Translations under genes and position numbers: made by a program
In this document: one piece after another, positions 1 to 11,032 of the stretch
Layout of the letters: each line of letters starts with the position of its first letter
Position numbering within the stretch: position 1 is the stretch's first letter
Notes under the pieces: model-generated
The model's input: the letters and a program-made list of their open reading frames with translations, nothing else
The model's database searches: none
Told to the model about the DNA's origin: nothing
Assembly (NCBI RefSeq): GCF_006345805.1
Contig: NC_043000.1
Coordinates: forward strand, 30,380,001-30,444,000
Direction of reading: 5' to 3'
Length of the DNA: 64,000 nucleotides
Source of the DNA: Octopus sinensis
Lineage: Eukaryota

Positions 1-300
1 TCTACAAAAATCGAACTCGAGACAAATAATAACATTGTCCATCTCTCTTTAATACCTTACCAATATACGTGAAAATGAAAACGGATCCCATAATATTCAA
101 AAGTTCTCTGAACAAATATTTTCTCCTAAATCCCGGACCGACCTCCTACACCCGGATAAGTTTCCAACAATAATAACTCTTTGTTAGAGTGGGCCATGGT
201 GCCTCATATATGACTAAAAGATTTCACCAGTTGGTGCTGTTAAGTTAGACTTGGCCTGGGCCTATACTGGCCGAAACCTATCAAAGTTATCAAAGTTATA
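1..300 (+). mobile_element. 3' end of a decayed CR1/L2/Jockey-group LINE (RT C-terminal tail plus 3' UTR with ATCAAAGTT repeats)
   Basis: Manual translation: NTLPIYVKMKTDPIIFKSSLNKYF (from 51), then frameshifted IPDRPPTPG*VSNNNNSLLEWA. The same peptide ending recurs at 45670-45790. Tail ATCAAAGTTATCAAAGTTA at ~280-299. Clade assignment is from recalled motif similarity. Confidence 0.6.
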
Positions 301-334
301 TATATATTTATATATGTATGTGTGGGTGGGGGTG

Positions 335-375
<41 letters not shown>

Positions 376-377
<2 letters not shown>

Positions 378-525
378 CCGGAGTAAGCACATGAATGCGA
401 AACAAGGTGGAATAAATGGTACTCGAATACCATAGGTAGAGTAATATTCTTTATTAAAAAGCAGCAGAAATATCACGAAAGCTCTTACCCAGAGTTTCAC
501 GTTCCCGGTCGTCGGACAGTTTTGT
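376..525 (-). mobile_element. Short PLE-like element between (TA)n tracts with a degenerate type I hammerhead motif (481-521)
   Basis: Minus strand AACTGT-CCGACGA-CCGGGAACGT-GAAA-CTCTGGGT-A-AGAGC. Homologous relic at 17640-17760. Flanked by TA microsatellites. Confidence 0.5.
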
Positions 526-654
526 ATATATATATGTAAATACATATATGTATATACACACGCGCACACACAGACGCACATCTAAAATTCAATGTAAACA
601 GTATAAAGATAAGAGCGACAATTAGTTTCTCGTTGTGAGCTACATAATATATAT

Positions 655-800
655 ATATATATATACGTACGTATGTATGTATGTATGTATGTATGTATGT
701 ACGTATGTATGTATGTATGTATGTATGTATGTATGTATGTATGTATGTATGTATGTATATATGTATATATGTATATGTGCTTGTATGTGTGTATGTGTGT
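655..800. repeat. (TA)n/(TATG)n microsatellite (representative of dozens of TA/CA/TG tracts in the window)
   Basis: Direct reading: TATG repeated ~670-760. Such tracts explain the YI/CV/HT-rich ORFs. Confidence 0.95.
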
Positions 801-2664
801 TTGTGTGTTGCAGTTGATGTTTTGGGGATTTTTTGGTTTTTGTTTTTCTAAGCTGTTGTTATTCAATGCTAGGTCAGTAATGATCTCGTAGATCTATGAT
901 CAAAGTTATATCTGCCACGTTCCGCCAGTCTTTGTAGAAATGGCGTATCTAGAATTATATTTTCCATAGATTTATTCGCTTTATTCTAAACTTTATTCTT
1001 CACATTTGATCGAGATTTGCAGACATCTGACTTGCTGAGCGAATACGAACTGACTCCTTCGTTTGTTCCTGTACTTGATAACTGCATTGTTACTCTGATA
1101 TAGCGAGTTCGAATACGTCTCAGAGTCTGGCTGGCAAATTGATTTTCTCTGCCATGTTGACTTGTCTTGAATAAACTTATATCACTCATGTTTCAGATGT
1201 TTTAGATGTGACGTGCTTTCATGTGTACGCAAAGAATTACGCCATCAAACATGCCATGATGTAATTCCACTTAAATTAAAAAGAAAAAAACGAAACAAAT
1301 ATGTAAATAAAGATACGAATTCTCCCATTTAATGAAAAGTGACTCAAAAAGACTACATCCTTTGAAAGCAAAGAAAAGCAAAGTTTTCAAACTGAGAAAT
1401 AATTTCTACGTTGCTGAAAAGTTGAAAGAATTGGATAATCATTTATATTTGATATAAATGAAGTAATTTCTTTAGTTTGTATTGAACTATTAAGGAAAAT
1501 AATTATCTTGTTAAGTCGTGTAGAAACAGAAAGTAAATAATAGTCTGCTATTAGAGAGCAAAAACTTTTGCTTTCGTCGGTGTTTTTCATGTAATTTCCG
1601 CTACATTTTAGACGTAGTTCAACCGTTTCACACGTACTTTGATAATACCTTGTAAACCATATCCACCTCTTCGCTATAATTGAATATTTCATTACAGTGA
1701 ATTGTTTTTAAGTTTGTTTACTTATATGCATTTTCTCCTTTTAATGTCCGTAGAAATGAAAAAAAAAACTAAAAATGAAAACCTCAGATTTTCTCTTTCA
1801 AGTTTCCTCCTTGTTTATGCTAACACAAATTAATAGGCACTCATTACAACGACAATATCTATAAAAAAAGTGCTAATTGCATGGAACACAAAGACACTTT
1901 GCTGTGATCATATTCTTAACATAGGTTCCACGTCTTTTTTCTCGCTTCAAGATCCAATCTTAACTCTTGTGCTTTCAACTGACAATCATGTACGCTTTTA
2001 CTGATGAAGTAAATCTCATCGTCTAGATTTTGCTTCCTTTTATCTATACGCTTTACAATATTAAAATATTTCTTAATATATTTATTTCCAAGAAAAAAAT
2101 AATTAAACTTTACACTTGAAAACGGCAGGATAATTGTTTTTGTACTGGGTCTTTTTTTTTAAACATTTTTAAATTTGGTATTTAGAATATTTATTTTTGT
2201 CCTTGGTGTAAATATTTTCTTGGGTCTGTATACGTTGTGACATTAAACTACTTACAATTTCATTCACCTTATTGAACAATTAATTATTTGACAATGGCAT
2301 TATAAAATTAGCTTTTCTTTTTGAATGAAGCGCCATTGCGGAATCTTTACCAAATGTATTGCTGTGCGGAGACCGAAAATATTAAATTTTGCAGGTCTTT
2401 CAGTTGCGTTCTTGCTTTCCTTCTCATCATCATCATTATCAACGCATGAACATTGCTGTCTCGAGTCTTCAGACACAAATGTCTGTTTTCCAATTTCCGT
2501 GGCGTACAAGTAAACGAAATCACTATGATGCAGGGTCGAACATCTACAGTGGAGTGGACTGAAGCAGCGTGAAATTAAGTGTTTTACTGAAAAAACACAA
2601 ATGTGATTTTGCCATGGTTAGCGCAACACACTAACTGCAAGGCAATGGGTCTTCTTTTTTTTTC

Positions 2665-2957
2665 GTCCTTTTCAAGCCTAACCAGGCTCATGGGCCCGGT
2701 TTCTGTGGCGTATGTGTTCCCTCCAGCTGGACGGGACACCAGTCTATCGAAGCGTTGCTCAAGAAACACGAAGAGATAGTGAGAGAAAGTTGTGGTGAAA
2801 GAGTACAACAGGGATCACCACCACCCCCTGCCGGAGCCTCGTGGAGCTTCTAGTTTTTTTTCGCTCAATAAACACACACAACGCCCTGTCTGGGAATCGA
2901 AACCGCGATCCTTCGACCGCCAGTCCGCTTCCCTAACCACTGGGCCATTGCGCCTCC
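2665..2957 (-). mobile_element. tRNA-derived SINE, family C (head GGAGGCGCAATGGCCCAGTGGTTAGG)
   Basis: Minus strand has an A-box-like TGGCCCAGTGG and a B-box-like GGTTTCGATTCCC. Homologous copy on + at 23335-23525. Confidence 0.8.
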
Positions 2958-4258
2958 ACAACGGGCCTTCTTTACAATTCTTAAAATTCATATATTTATG
3001 AATGCATTATGGAAATGTATTTGAATGTAACCACGTGGATCTGATTTATTAAAGTAACACGCAATGACGCACTATCATCACATTTTCAAACAGAATGATA
3101 TAAGAAATATTATTTACAGTTGTTGGTATTTAATTTATATTTAAAAATTTCAATTACAATTGTGCAAATATATTCCAGTGCAATGAGTTTAGTTAATGTT
3201 ATTGATCATGCAAATCGGAGTAAAATTTCATCTTGTATAGATACATTCTATATACATGTATTTATGTATATATAAATATAAACAGGTACTCCGTCAGTTA
3301 CGACAACGAATGTTCCAGTCAATCCGATCAACGGAACAGTCTGCACGTGAAATTAACTTGCAAGTTGCTGGGCACTCAGTAGATATGTGTACACTTAAGT
3401 TACAGTCTGAGTACTCTAGCTAAATACGATTGCCATTAATCCACGTGCCTTCACTTAAACACATGGAAGAAGATAAATATTAGAGAGGATTTCGGTCGAG
3501 ATACTCATCGAATCACATTAAGGATTAATTTAATTCATTTATATTGGAATATAATCTAAAGTTCGCATGCTTTGTATGTCTTTACTCTTCACAATTCAGA
3601 GCTGGAAGGACGAAACTTGACTGAACGAAACATCAAAATCTACCGAAACTAGAATGATTCCAATTTGGCTAAGTTCAGCATGGGAAGGTAGTTTACAATG
3701 TTGTAAATAAGTTTCATCTTACCTGGAATTCTATCATCTGTAAAGGTATCAGAATCGATGAAATATGCTGCCTCTTTTGATTTAGCTGGTCATTCGGAAA
3801 TAGAACTGACATTAAGCAAATCATGGCAGTACACAATTATAAGACAGCCGTGTTCGGGCAACGCCTTGAAGAAATTTCAGCCGATTTTCTTTCAAAACTA
3901 GCCCTAAAAAACCCTTTTATCATTAATTAATAAATCTTAAGGTAGAAATTGTAATTGCTGCCGGAAAAACCGCGGTGGATTTTGAAGAATTATGACGTAT
4001 AAACACGAATCGTGTTCTTTATAGCCTCGTATTTATATGTTAGCCTTGGCTTCCTGCTGAAGAGGGCAACGCCAATTGTAAATTATTTTATTTACAAAAG
4101 ATTGCCTGAAACTATGGATAGTCCACGATAAATAGGGTAAATGTTTTTATTTTCCATTCCCTTTCAGAATTACAACTATTAGTGGTTTGCAGTTTAACTA
4201 CTCTTTCTAGCGAGTCAGAGGTTCTATTATGACCATATTTTATGTGTTTAGATATACA

Positions 4259-4290
<32 letters not shown>

Positions 4291-4295
<5 letters not shown>

Positions 4296-4734
4296 CAACA
4301 ATTGAGGGCAAAATAATTAATTATTAATCAATTTCACCAAGTGTATATATATATATATATACACACAAGTCTTATTTCCTCATGTTCTTTTTTGTTGAAG
4401 AGTGTAGATTCGTAACGTAAAAGACATTCTCTTTCCCAAACGCCAAACTGATACACCTGTTTGTTGTTTATACACCTATCGTCATGTCTTGTTTTTGTGT
4501 AAACTTCAACTATATATATATGTAAAGTTAATCCTAACATGAAAACACAAAGAGAAAACACAACAACGCGAGGACGTGGAACAAGTATAGTGTTATTGGA
4601 TGCTCAGGAAAGAAGGAAAGAAGGAGGGTTTAAAGTTTCGGCGGAGCTCTTCGTCAGAAACATAGGAAAAGGAAAGATCCAAAGAAGGGAAGACGGAGGA
4701 AAAGAATCGCCAACGGTACACACGCGGTCACATT

Positions 4735-4765
<31 letters not shown>
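4291..4765. mobile_element. Cluster of PLE-like fragments separated by (TA)n tracts, including a hammerhead relic at 4626-4663 (-)
   Basis: Three non-repeat blocks each bounded by TA runs. Minus strand GTTT-CTGACGA-A-GAGCTCCGCC-GAAA-CTTT-AAAC. Confidence 0.4.
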
Positions 4766-4771
<6 letters not shown>

Positions 4772-5110
4772 AGTTTTAGGTAAAAGGATGAAGGGACCCC
4801 TTACAGTTGCTTGATCATCTGGAAATAGCCATCATCTATCCTTCAAATCTCATCCCAGCGTCTTAAAAGCGGAACAGGATATTTTATGTAATGTACGTCT
4901 AAGCCTGAATGATGATACTCAAGGGTTCTAGCTAATATATATAGCTTCATAACTACGCCCGATAATGTCAATGCTGGAGTGAAACAATGGCAAGGAAGGA
5001 ACTGGTAACTTCTATTATCTTTTACTAAATACATTCCTTCATTCTTACATATATAAGTAAGTCTCTATGTCTGTTTCTCCCTCTCTCTCTCTCGTCCCCT
5101 TTGTACATTT

Positions 5111-5220
<110 letters not shown>

Positions 5221-5254
5221 GCATACACCCACACATTTTTACTGCAGCATATAA

Positions 5255-5298
<44 letters not shown>

Positions 5299-6885
5299 TT
5301 GTATATAATTGATTCATTCATTTATGTATTGCGTGCGCATACGCCCACATACACACACCTGTGTGTTTTATATAATCTTTGCTGGAAATTAATGTTTTTA
5401 GGTTTTATTATTTAAAATACTTTTTAAATAAATAAAACGTAATCTAAGATTTCTTTAGTGAATGAAAAATATTTATGTTTAAAAAAAACTAAAGACTTGA
5501 ATTACCATTGCTAGGTACGATAAGAAACAGTCATATTTAATTCCTATTCCAGTCGAGTTGAATACAAATTTTGTATATAAAAGCTGCGTTACAGAACCGC
5601 ATATACTTGGAACTTCTAACTAAATAATGTTGAAGTCAGGTACATGATTGCACGTGCAAGTGTTTTTTTCTGAATTATTGATTTTACTCACGTTTATTAT
5701 TTCTTCCATTTCTTATTTAGTCATGTGATGACTTCTTTTTCTTCTCAGCGCTCATAATGTTTAAAGTACTTGGCATATTGCACGAGTTATAAGTGTGAAG
5801 GAAATAACGTGTGAGAAACGAGAAACAAAAGGCCGTAATTGAAAATAAAAGTCTGTGAGCTACAAAAATACAATTATACATTCAAATCATATTCATGTGG
5901 CACACTTCACTTGACTACTTGCCTGTAGATTTTTATCTTTTTGCGCATATTTCATATAAATAATGAAATTCCTTTTTAATATTACTAAAAACAAAACAAA
6001 CAAAAACATGAGAACGCTGGCTTATAAATTAAGAAAATATATGCAGGAATTAATTCGGTTAGCAAGAAATTAGAATGCAGCAATCCTGCCCTCATTCATA
6101 TTTATATAAAGATTTTGTTAATCGTCATGATTTCTTAGATTATCATCAGCAGCAGATCACATATATTGAGGTGAGAGATATTGTCAATTAAAACCACTTC
6201 AGTCACATTATGTATCATTGAGGAATGAATGTAAAGCGATCCTCCATGTGATCTAAACATATAACGTAAGTGGTCGTAAGTTCTAAAATTGTTCGGTATA
6301 CTGTGTTTGATTTACAGAGTGCATACGAAAACGAATTTAACAAATGATGCAGTATAGGAGTTGATATAAAATATGCATGTTCAGATATGGGCAATTGTAG
6401 GAATACAGTTGCTGAATGTGCATGAAATGGTCTTCAGTTTTCTATTTCTTCTTTAGGATAAATCTTTTATGATTCTATGTTCTTTTTTAAACTATTTCTT
6501 TCTATAACAAATTAATTGTTCCCGATAGAAAGATTATTGCAAGGGACACTTCTAGTATTGTTTACCAATAATAATTTAATACAGGTTTGGACAAAAGTAG
6601 GTATAGAGCTGCTTTCTCTCTATATTTGTATTAGAAAAGTGTTCGACCACTCTGTGTTACCACTGAAGAAAATGAAATGTTTGTGGCTCAATCCTTCACT
6701 CAAATTAATCGGAAATAAAAAAGAGGGTTTGCAATGAGCTAGACGTCCCTTGCAGACCTCTTACTTGAGTTATGTACGAGGGTGAATCAAAAAGTAATGC
6801 TATTTTCTTTAGGACAGGTATAATTACGAGCACAGGAGCATGTATCATACATCAAAATGAAGCTGGTCCTCTGTGGATCACATCC

Positions 6886-7089
6886 CTACTCCTCGACATA
6901 GTCACCGTTTCTCTCAATAGCAATGTTCCATCTTCGAATGAGAGCATGTATCCCTGCCCAGTAAAATTCTGTTGACCTTTCTTTGAGCCACTTCTTCAGT
7001 ACAGTTTTCACTTCCTCGTCACTGGAATAATGTTTTCCTCTCAAACCCTCTTTTATGGGGCCGAAGAGATGATAGTCTGAAGGTGCTAA
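6886..7089 (-). pseudogene. Mariner transposase C-terminal fragment
   Basis: LAPSDYHLFGPIKEGLRGKHYSSDEEVKTVLKKWLKERSTEFYWAGIHALIRRWNIAIERNGDYVEE*. Contains the (YSPD)LAPSDY motif with the third catalytic D of DD34D mariners. Confidence 0.85.
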
Positions 7090-7222
7090 ATTACTCCAGT
7101 GACGAGGAAGTGAAAACTGTAGTGAAGAATTATCTCGGGGCAGGGTTACATGCTTTCATTCGAAGGTGGAACATTGCTATTGAGGACAATGGTGACTATG
7201 TTGAGAAGTAGGGATCTGATCC

Positions 7223-7355
7223 TGTTATGTTACACGTTCGGATGCCTTCTACTGAATTCTTCTCTACCCGACTCTACTCCTGACGTCTAGGCTTCTCCCT
7301 CTATATCTACGTATTGGGCTAGCTTACTTCATCGTTTGGGGGCATCCACACAACA
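7223..7355. mobile_element. 133-bp insertion with TG...CA ends and 5-bp TSD (solo-LTR/TRIM-like)
   Basis: GATCC|TGTTATGT...ACACAACA|GATCC. Absent from the homologous left mariner arm. Termini are inverted at 7/8 positions. Confidence 0.6.
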
Positions 7356-7898
7356 GATCCACAGAGGACCAGCTGCATTTTGATGTTTGATACATATTCC
7401 TGTGTTGATAATTATACTTGTCCTAAACAAAACGGAATTATTTTTTGACTTACACTCGTATCGTTACCTAATACAAATATAGAGAGATGAGAAGAATATT
7501 CCTCACGTATCAAGCAGCTCTATACCTACTTTTGTCCAAACCTGTATTAAATTATTATTGGTAAACTATACTAGAAGTATCCCTTGCAATAATCTTTTCC
7601 TTAAATATCGTTTATACTGTTAAGACTTAAAGCAATCTCAGACACTATTCCTTTATGAAGATATCATTTTTCTTGTAACTATATTTTCTCCTGTTTATTT
7701 TGTTCTTTATGTTATTTTACTTGTTACACTCATTGAAGGGTTGTAGTCGAACAATTCTACCTCAGTATTAATGTTTATCTTTTTTATATCTGGCATTATT
7801 TCTATCGGACTGTTATGATGAACAGCTGCGCTACCAGGAGGTAAACCAAGGAACACATGCTGTCAAGTGATGATAGTGTGGCAACGACAAACACACGC

Positions 7899-7965
<67 letters not shown>

Positions 7966-7966
<1 letters not shown>

Positions 7967-8003
7967 TAGCAGTATAGCCCAGCGTTGCTCGGGCTTGTTT
8001 TCG
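7966..8003 (-). mobile_element. Isolated Helitron 3' terminus (hairpin + CTAG)
   Basis: Minus strand CCCGAGCAACGCTGGGCTATACTGCTAG|T, closely matching the 3' ends at 29087 and 51033. Confidence 0.75.
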
Positions 8004-8050
8004 GGTTCAGTCCTATTGCATGGCACCTTGGGCACGTGTCTTCTACTATA

Positions 8051-8279
8051 TGTTTCTTTATTACCCACAAAGGGCTAAACATAGAGGGGGCAAACAAGGA
8101 CAGACAAACGAATTAAGTCGATTACATCGACCCCAGTGCGTAGCTGGTACTTAATTTATCGACCTCGAAAGGATGAAAGGCAAAGTCGACCTCGGCGGAA
8201 TTTGAACTCAGGACGTAACGGCAGACGAAATACTGCTACGCATTTCGCCCGGCGTGCTAACGGTTCTGCCAACTCGCCT
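8051..8279 (-). mobile_element. SINE family B inserted into SINE A with a 16-bp TSD
   Basis: CGTGTCTTCTACTATA at 8035-8050 and 8280-8295. Body GGCGAGTTGGCAGAACCGTTAGCACGCCGGGCGAAATG...GAGTTCAAATTCCGCCGAGGTCGAC is shared with many copies. Confidence 0.85.
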
Positions 8280-8459
8280 CGTGTCTTCTACTATAGCCTT
8301 AGGTCGACCAAAGCCTTGTGAGTGTATTTGGTTGACGGAAACTAAAAGAAGCCCGTCATATATTATGAGGATATAATCATAAAATGATTATATCAGTGGC
8401 CTAGCATTTAAAATTGACCGTACAAGCGATATTAATATTTTCACTATATAACTATAAAG

Positions 8460-8645
8460 ATATAATTACAGTTAAGGGCTACTGGGAATGACCAGCGTGA
8501 ATGTTAGAAATAGGTGTTAAATACCAACAATCCACTATAATTTCTTCGCTATATTCAACCACAGGTACGAAAGCGTGGGCATGAGCAAGAAAATAGAAAA
8601 CTTTTGGCGCTGATCATTCCCAATAGCCCTTTACTGTAATTATAT
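8460..8645. repeat. 38-bp inverted repeat (8460-8497 / 8608-8645), MITE-like
   Basis: ATATAATTACAGTTAAGGGCTACTGGGAATGACCAGCG vs reverse complement of the right arm, 3 mismatches. Confidence 0.8.
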
Positions 8646-8650
8646 ACGTG

Positions 8651-8704
<54 letters not shown>

Positions 8705-10498
8705 TTGTGTGTGTATATATATATGTATGTATATATATAATATATATATATATACAGAGAGAGAGAGAGAGAGAGATATGTATATGTTTGTGTTGCTTGA
8801 CAACCGATGCTGGTGTGTTTACATCCCCGTAAACTAGCGGTTCGGCAAAAAGAACCGATAGAATAAGTACTAGGCTTACAAAGAATAAGTCCTAGGGTCG
8901 GTTTGCTCATCTAAAGGTAGTACTCCAGCATGGCCGCAGTGTAATGAGTGAAATAAATAAAAGACTAAAAGAATAATATACACACACACACATACACATG
9001 TATGCGACAGACTTCTTTCATTTGCCGTCTTCTTACAAGTCCACTCATAAGACTTTACTTCCCCCAAGGCAATTAAAGAGAAGGCCATGCCGGGGCACCG
9101 AACCCAGAACCATGTGGTTGGGAGGCAAAGATTTCACCACACATGCACGCTTGCGCTTATGCCACTCGATGGTTTGATCTCACCATCAGTCTTTAACCAT
9201 TTTCCTTTATGCAGATACTTCGATTCAACATCCCGCCATGGGACATGCTCCTTCAATGACGGCTGCAGAGATTACAAACGTTTAATCTTATTTTCCTTTC
9301 GGTCAGCTATGAGACCCGAAATCAGATAATCGTTTTACAAAAAAGGATTCTCCTTGGAGGCACATTTTATCCTACACCCTGAATATTCCAAACATTATGC
9401 AGATATATTTACAATGAACTTAACGCTGTCACTTTACAATTCATTCTCAACTCAACGTTTCTCACAAATTCAGTATTTTCTGATTATATCGAATTTATTT
9501 CAGGATTTTTCAATATTTTGAAATACAAGTTTTGTGTTTAGCTAAGCAAAAGGTTTTAATTTTAGACTCACTACTGTTGATATTACGTAAAGTATCTCCA
9601 ACTATGTTGAAAATTCCTGCTCAATAGATCATCCATTGAGAATGTTCTTCGCTGATACATTATTCTGTTGCTCTGGGGCTAATGGAAATTTCCTGAATAG
9701 ATATGTAGCATCTAGTTTATTCTTTCCTTGTAAGATATAACACTTTTAGATATTTCGGAACATCTGGGAGAGTTTTACCAATATTCTTATTCCTTACATT
9801 TCAGAAAACGTTCTTGAAGCTATTAAACTTGAAGACTTGCTGTTCATATTTTGAAAGCAAATTGTTTTTCTTATTCTTCAATTTCAGTGAGTTTATTGTT
9901 GATATTCATCTTCGAGTTGGAATTAGAATGGGTCCAAAATGTATTCGTGTATTTATGTACCAATATTTGTATTGCGTCGTTAGAATAAAATAAACATCTT
10001 ACATAACTTCTCTAAGTGAGAAATTCTTTCATAGCCATCGATCGAATAATGGACTAATTCTCATCTTTATAAAACTCGACAATTTCACGACTGTTTTATT
10101 GATTATTTTAAAGGAATATTTGGTTTCTATTGACGCCTTTTCTTCGAATGGACCCTTATATTTTTGATTTTATACATTAGATGATTCCATTCAACGTACA
10201 CACTTTCTCCTTTGAGTGTGACGCTGTTTCATTAATCGTGTGTATGTAGGTTGAACGCTGAAATTATTAACTCTACATATGGCACTGGTATAGCAGTGTG
10301 GTTACGCAGGTCGGTTTGAAACCTCGTAGACTTGCTTTCGGTCCCATTTCACGATACATTAGGCAAGTGTTTTTGCTACTATAGCCAAAGGCCAGGTTAT
10401 GCCATGTGAGTGAGCTTCATAATTAAATTAATTTGGCTTGAACAATGTTTAGATATTTGTGTCTTGTTTTGGAAGGTTCTGTGGAATATGTACGTTTG

Positions 10499-10504
<6 letters not shown>

Positions 10505-10541
<37 letters not shown>

Positions 10542-10877
10542 CTGAAGTTGTCTGTGTATGGCAGGTTTGGTAGCCTTCAACTAACACTATCTCCTCCGAG
10601 ACCCTGGGGCGCAAGTTGACCAAAATTGAGAGTATGATAGAAGAAGGTTTGCTTTTCCTTCCGTAGAAGAAAATTTTCAAATCGGATCATGTTAACACCA
10701 AAAGTTATTTACCTAAAAAAGGTGCTTTTTTTCTATGAAAATCCCAATTTTTATGCTTTTTTTGATCGCTGTGTCGCCATTTTTCGGTGTATTTCAACCA
10801 GAAAAATGTTCACTTAAAGAGAATAACAAGCTACATAATGCAAAATATTTTCTTTTCAAAAATTCCAATTCTAAAGG
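10505..10877 (+). mobile_element. 5' part/body of a non-autonomous Helitron lacking its 3' terminus
   Basis: Begins (TA)nAAAGCTGAAGTTGTCTGTG, similar in style to the 5' ends at 30730 and 54082. Ends abruptly at ...ATTCTAAAGG. The missing 3' end appears to be at 7966-8003. Confidence 0.6.
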
Positions 10878-10950
10878 TGCCATGCAATAGGACTGAACCC
10901 GGAACCATGTGGTTGGTAAGAAAGCTACTTACCCCACAGCCATTCCTGCC
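10874..10950 (-). mobile_element. tRNA-like head of SINE A, truncated
   Basis: Minus strand GGCAGGAATGGCTGTGGGGTAAGTAGCTTTCTTACCAACCACATGGTTCCGGGTTCAGTCCTATTGCATGGCACCTT, then the SINE sequence stops. Confidence 0.8.
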
Positions 10951-10995
10951 CCTATACACACACACATACACACACACACATACATACTTTCTTAC

Positions 10996-11030
<35 letters not shown>

Positions 11031-11032
<2 letters not shown>

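Larger units (their letters stand above)
6777..7458. mobile_element. Non-autonomous mariner-family element built from two inverted 3' ends, TA target duplication
   Basis: TA|CGAGGGTGAATCAAAAAG ... TTTTTTGACTTACACTCG|TA termini. Both arms encode the transposase C-terminus in opposite orientations. Confidence 0.85.
6529..7597. repeat. 86-bp inverted repeat pair (6529-6614 / 7512-7597) enclosing the mariner remnant
   Basis: AAAGATTATTGCAAGGGACAC...AGAGCTGCTT matches the reverse complement of AAGCAGCTCT...GCAATAATCTTT with 2 mismatches by eye. Confidence 0.9.
8002..8975 (+). mobile_element. tRNA-derived SINE family A, headless body interrupted by nested insertions and its internal microsatellite
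   Basis: GGGTTCAGTCC...GGCACCTTGGGCA...CTTCTACTATAGCC...GACGGAAACT, then the 3' half CTTGACAACCGATGCTGGTGTG...CCAGCATGGCCGCAG. Matches the full copy at 37500-37910. Confidence 0.8.

Noticed and set aside
2001-2030. Isolated CTGATGA
   Set aside because: No downstream GAAA/NUH at a suitable spacing.
6120-6155. Minus-strand CTGATGA-8 nt-GAAA-TCATGA
   Set aside because: Helix II does not pair, position 16.1 is not U, and there is no helix I.
9530-9800. Possible hAT dimerisation-domain relic on the minus strand
   Set aside because: Only scattered residues (SEE..., EQEFS...) across multiple stops and frameshifts, too weak to support by eye.
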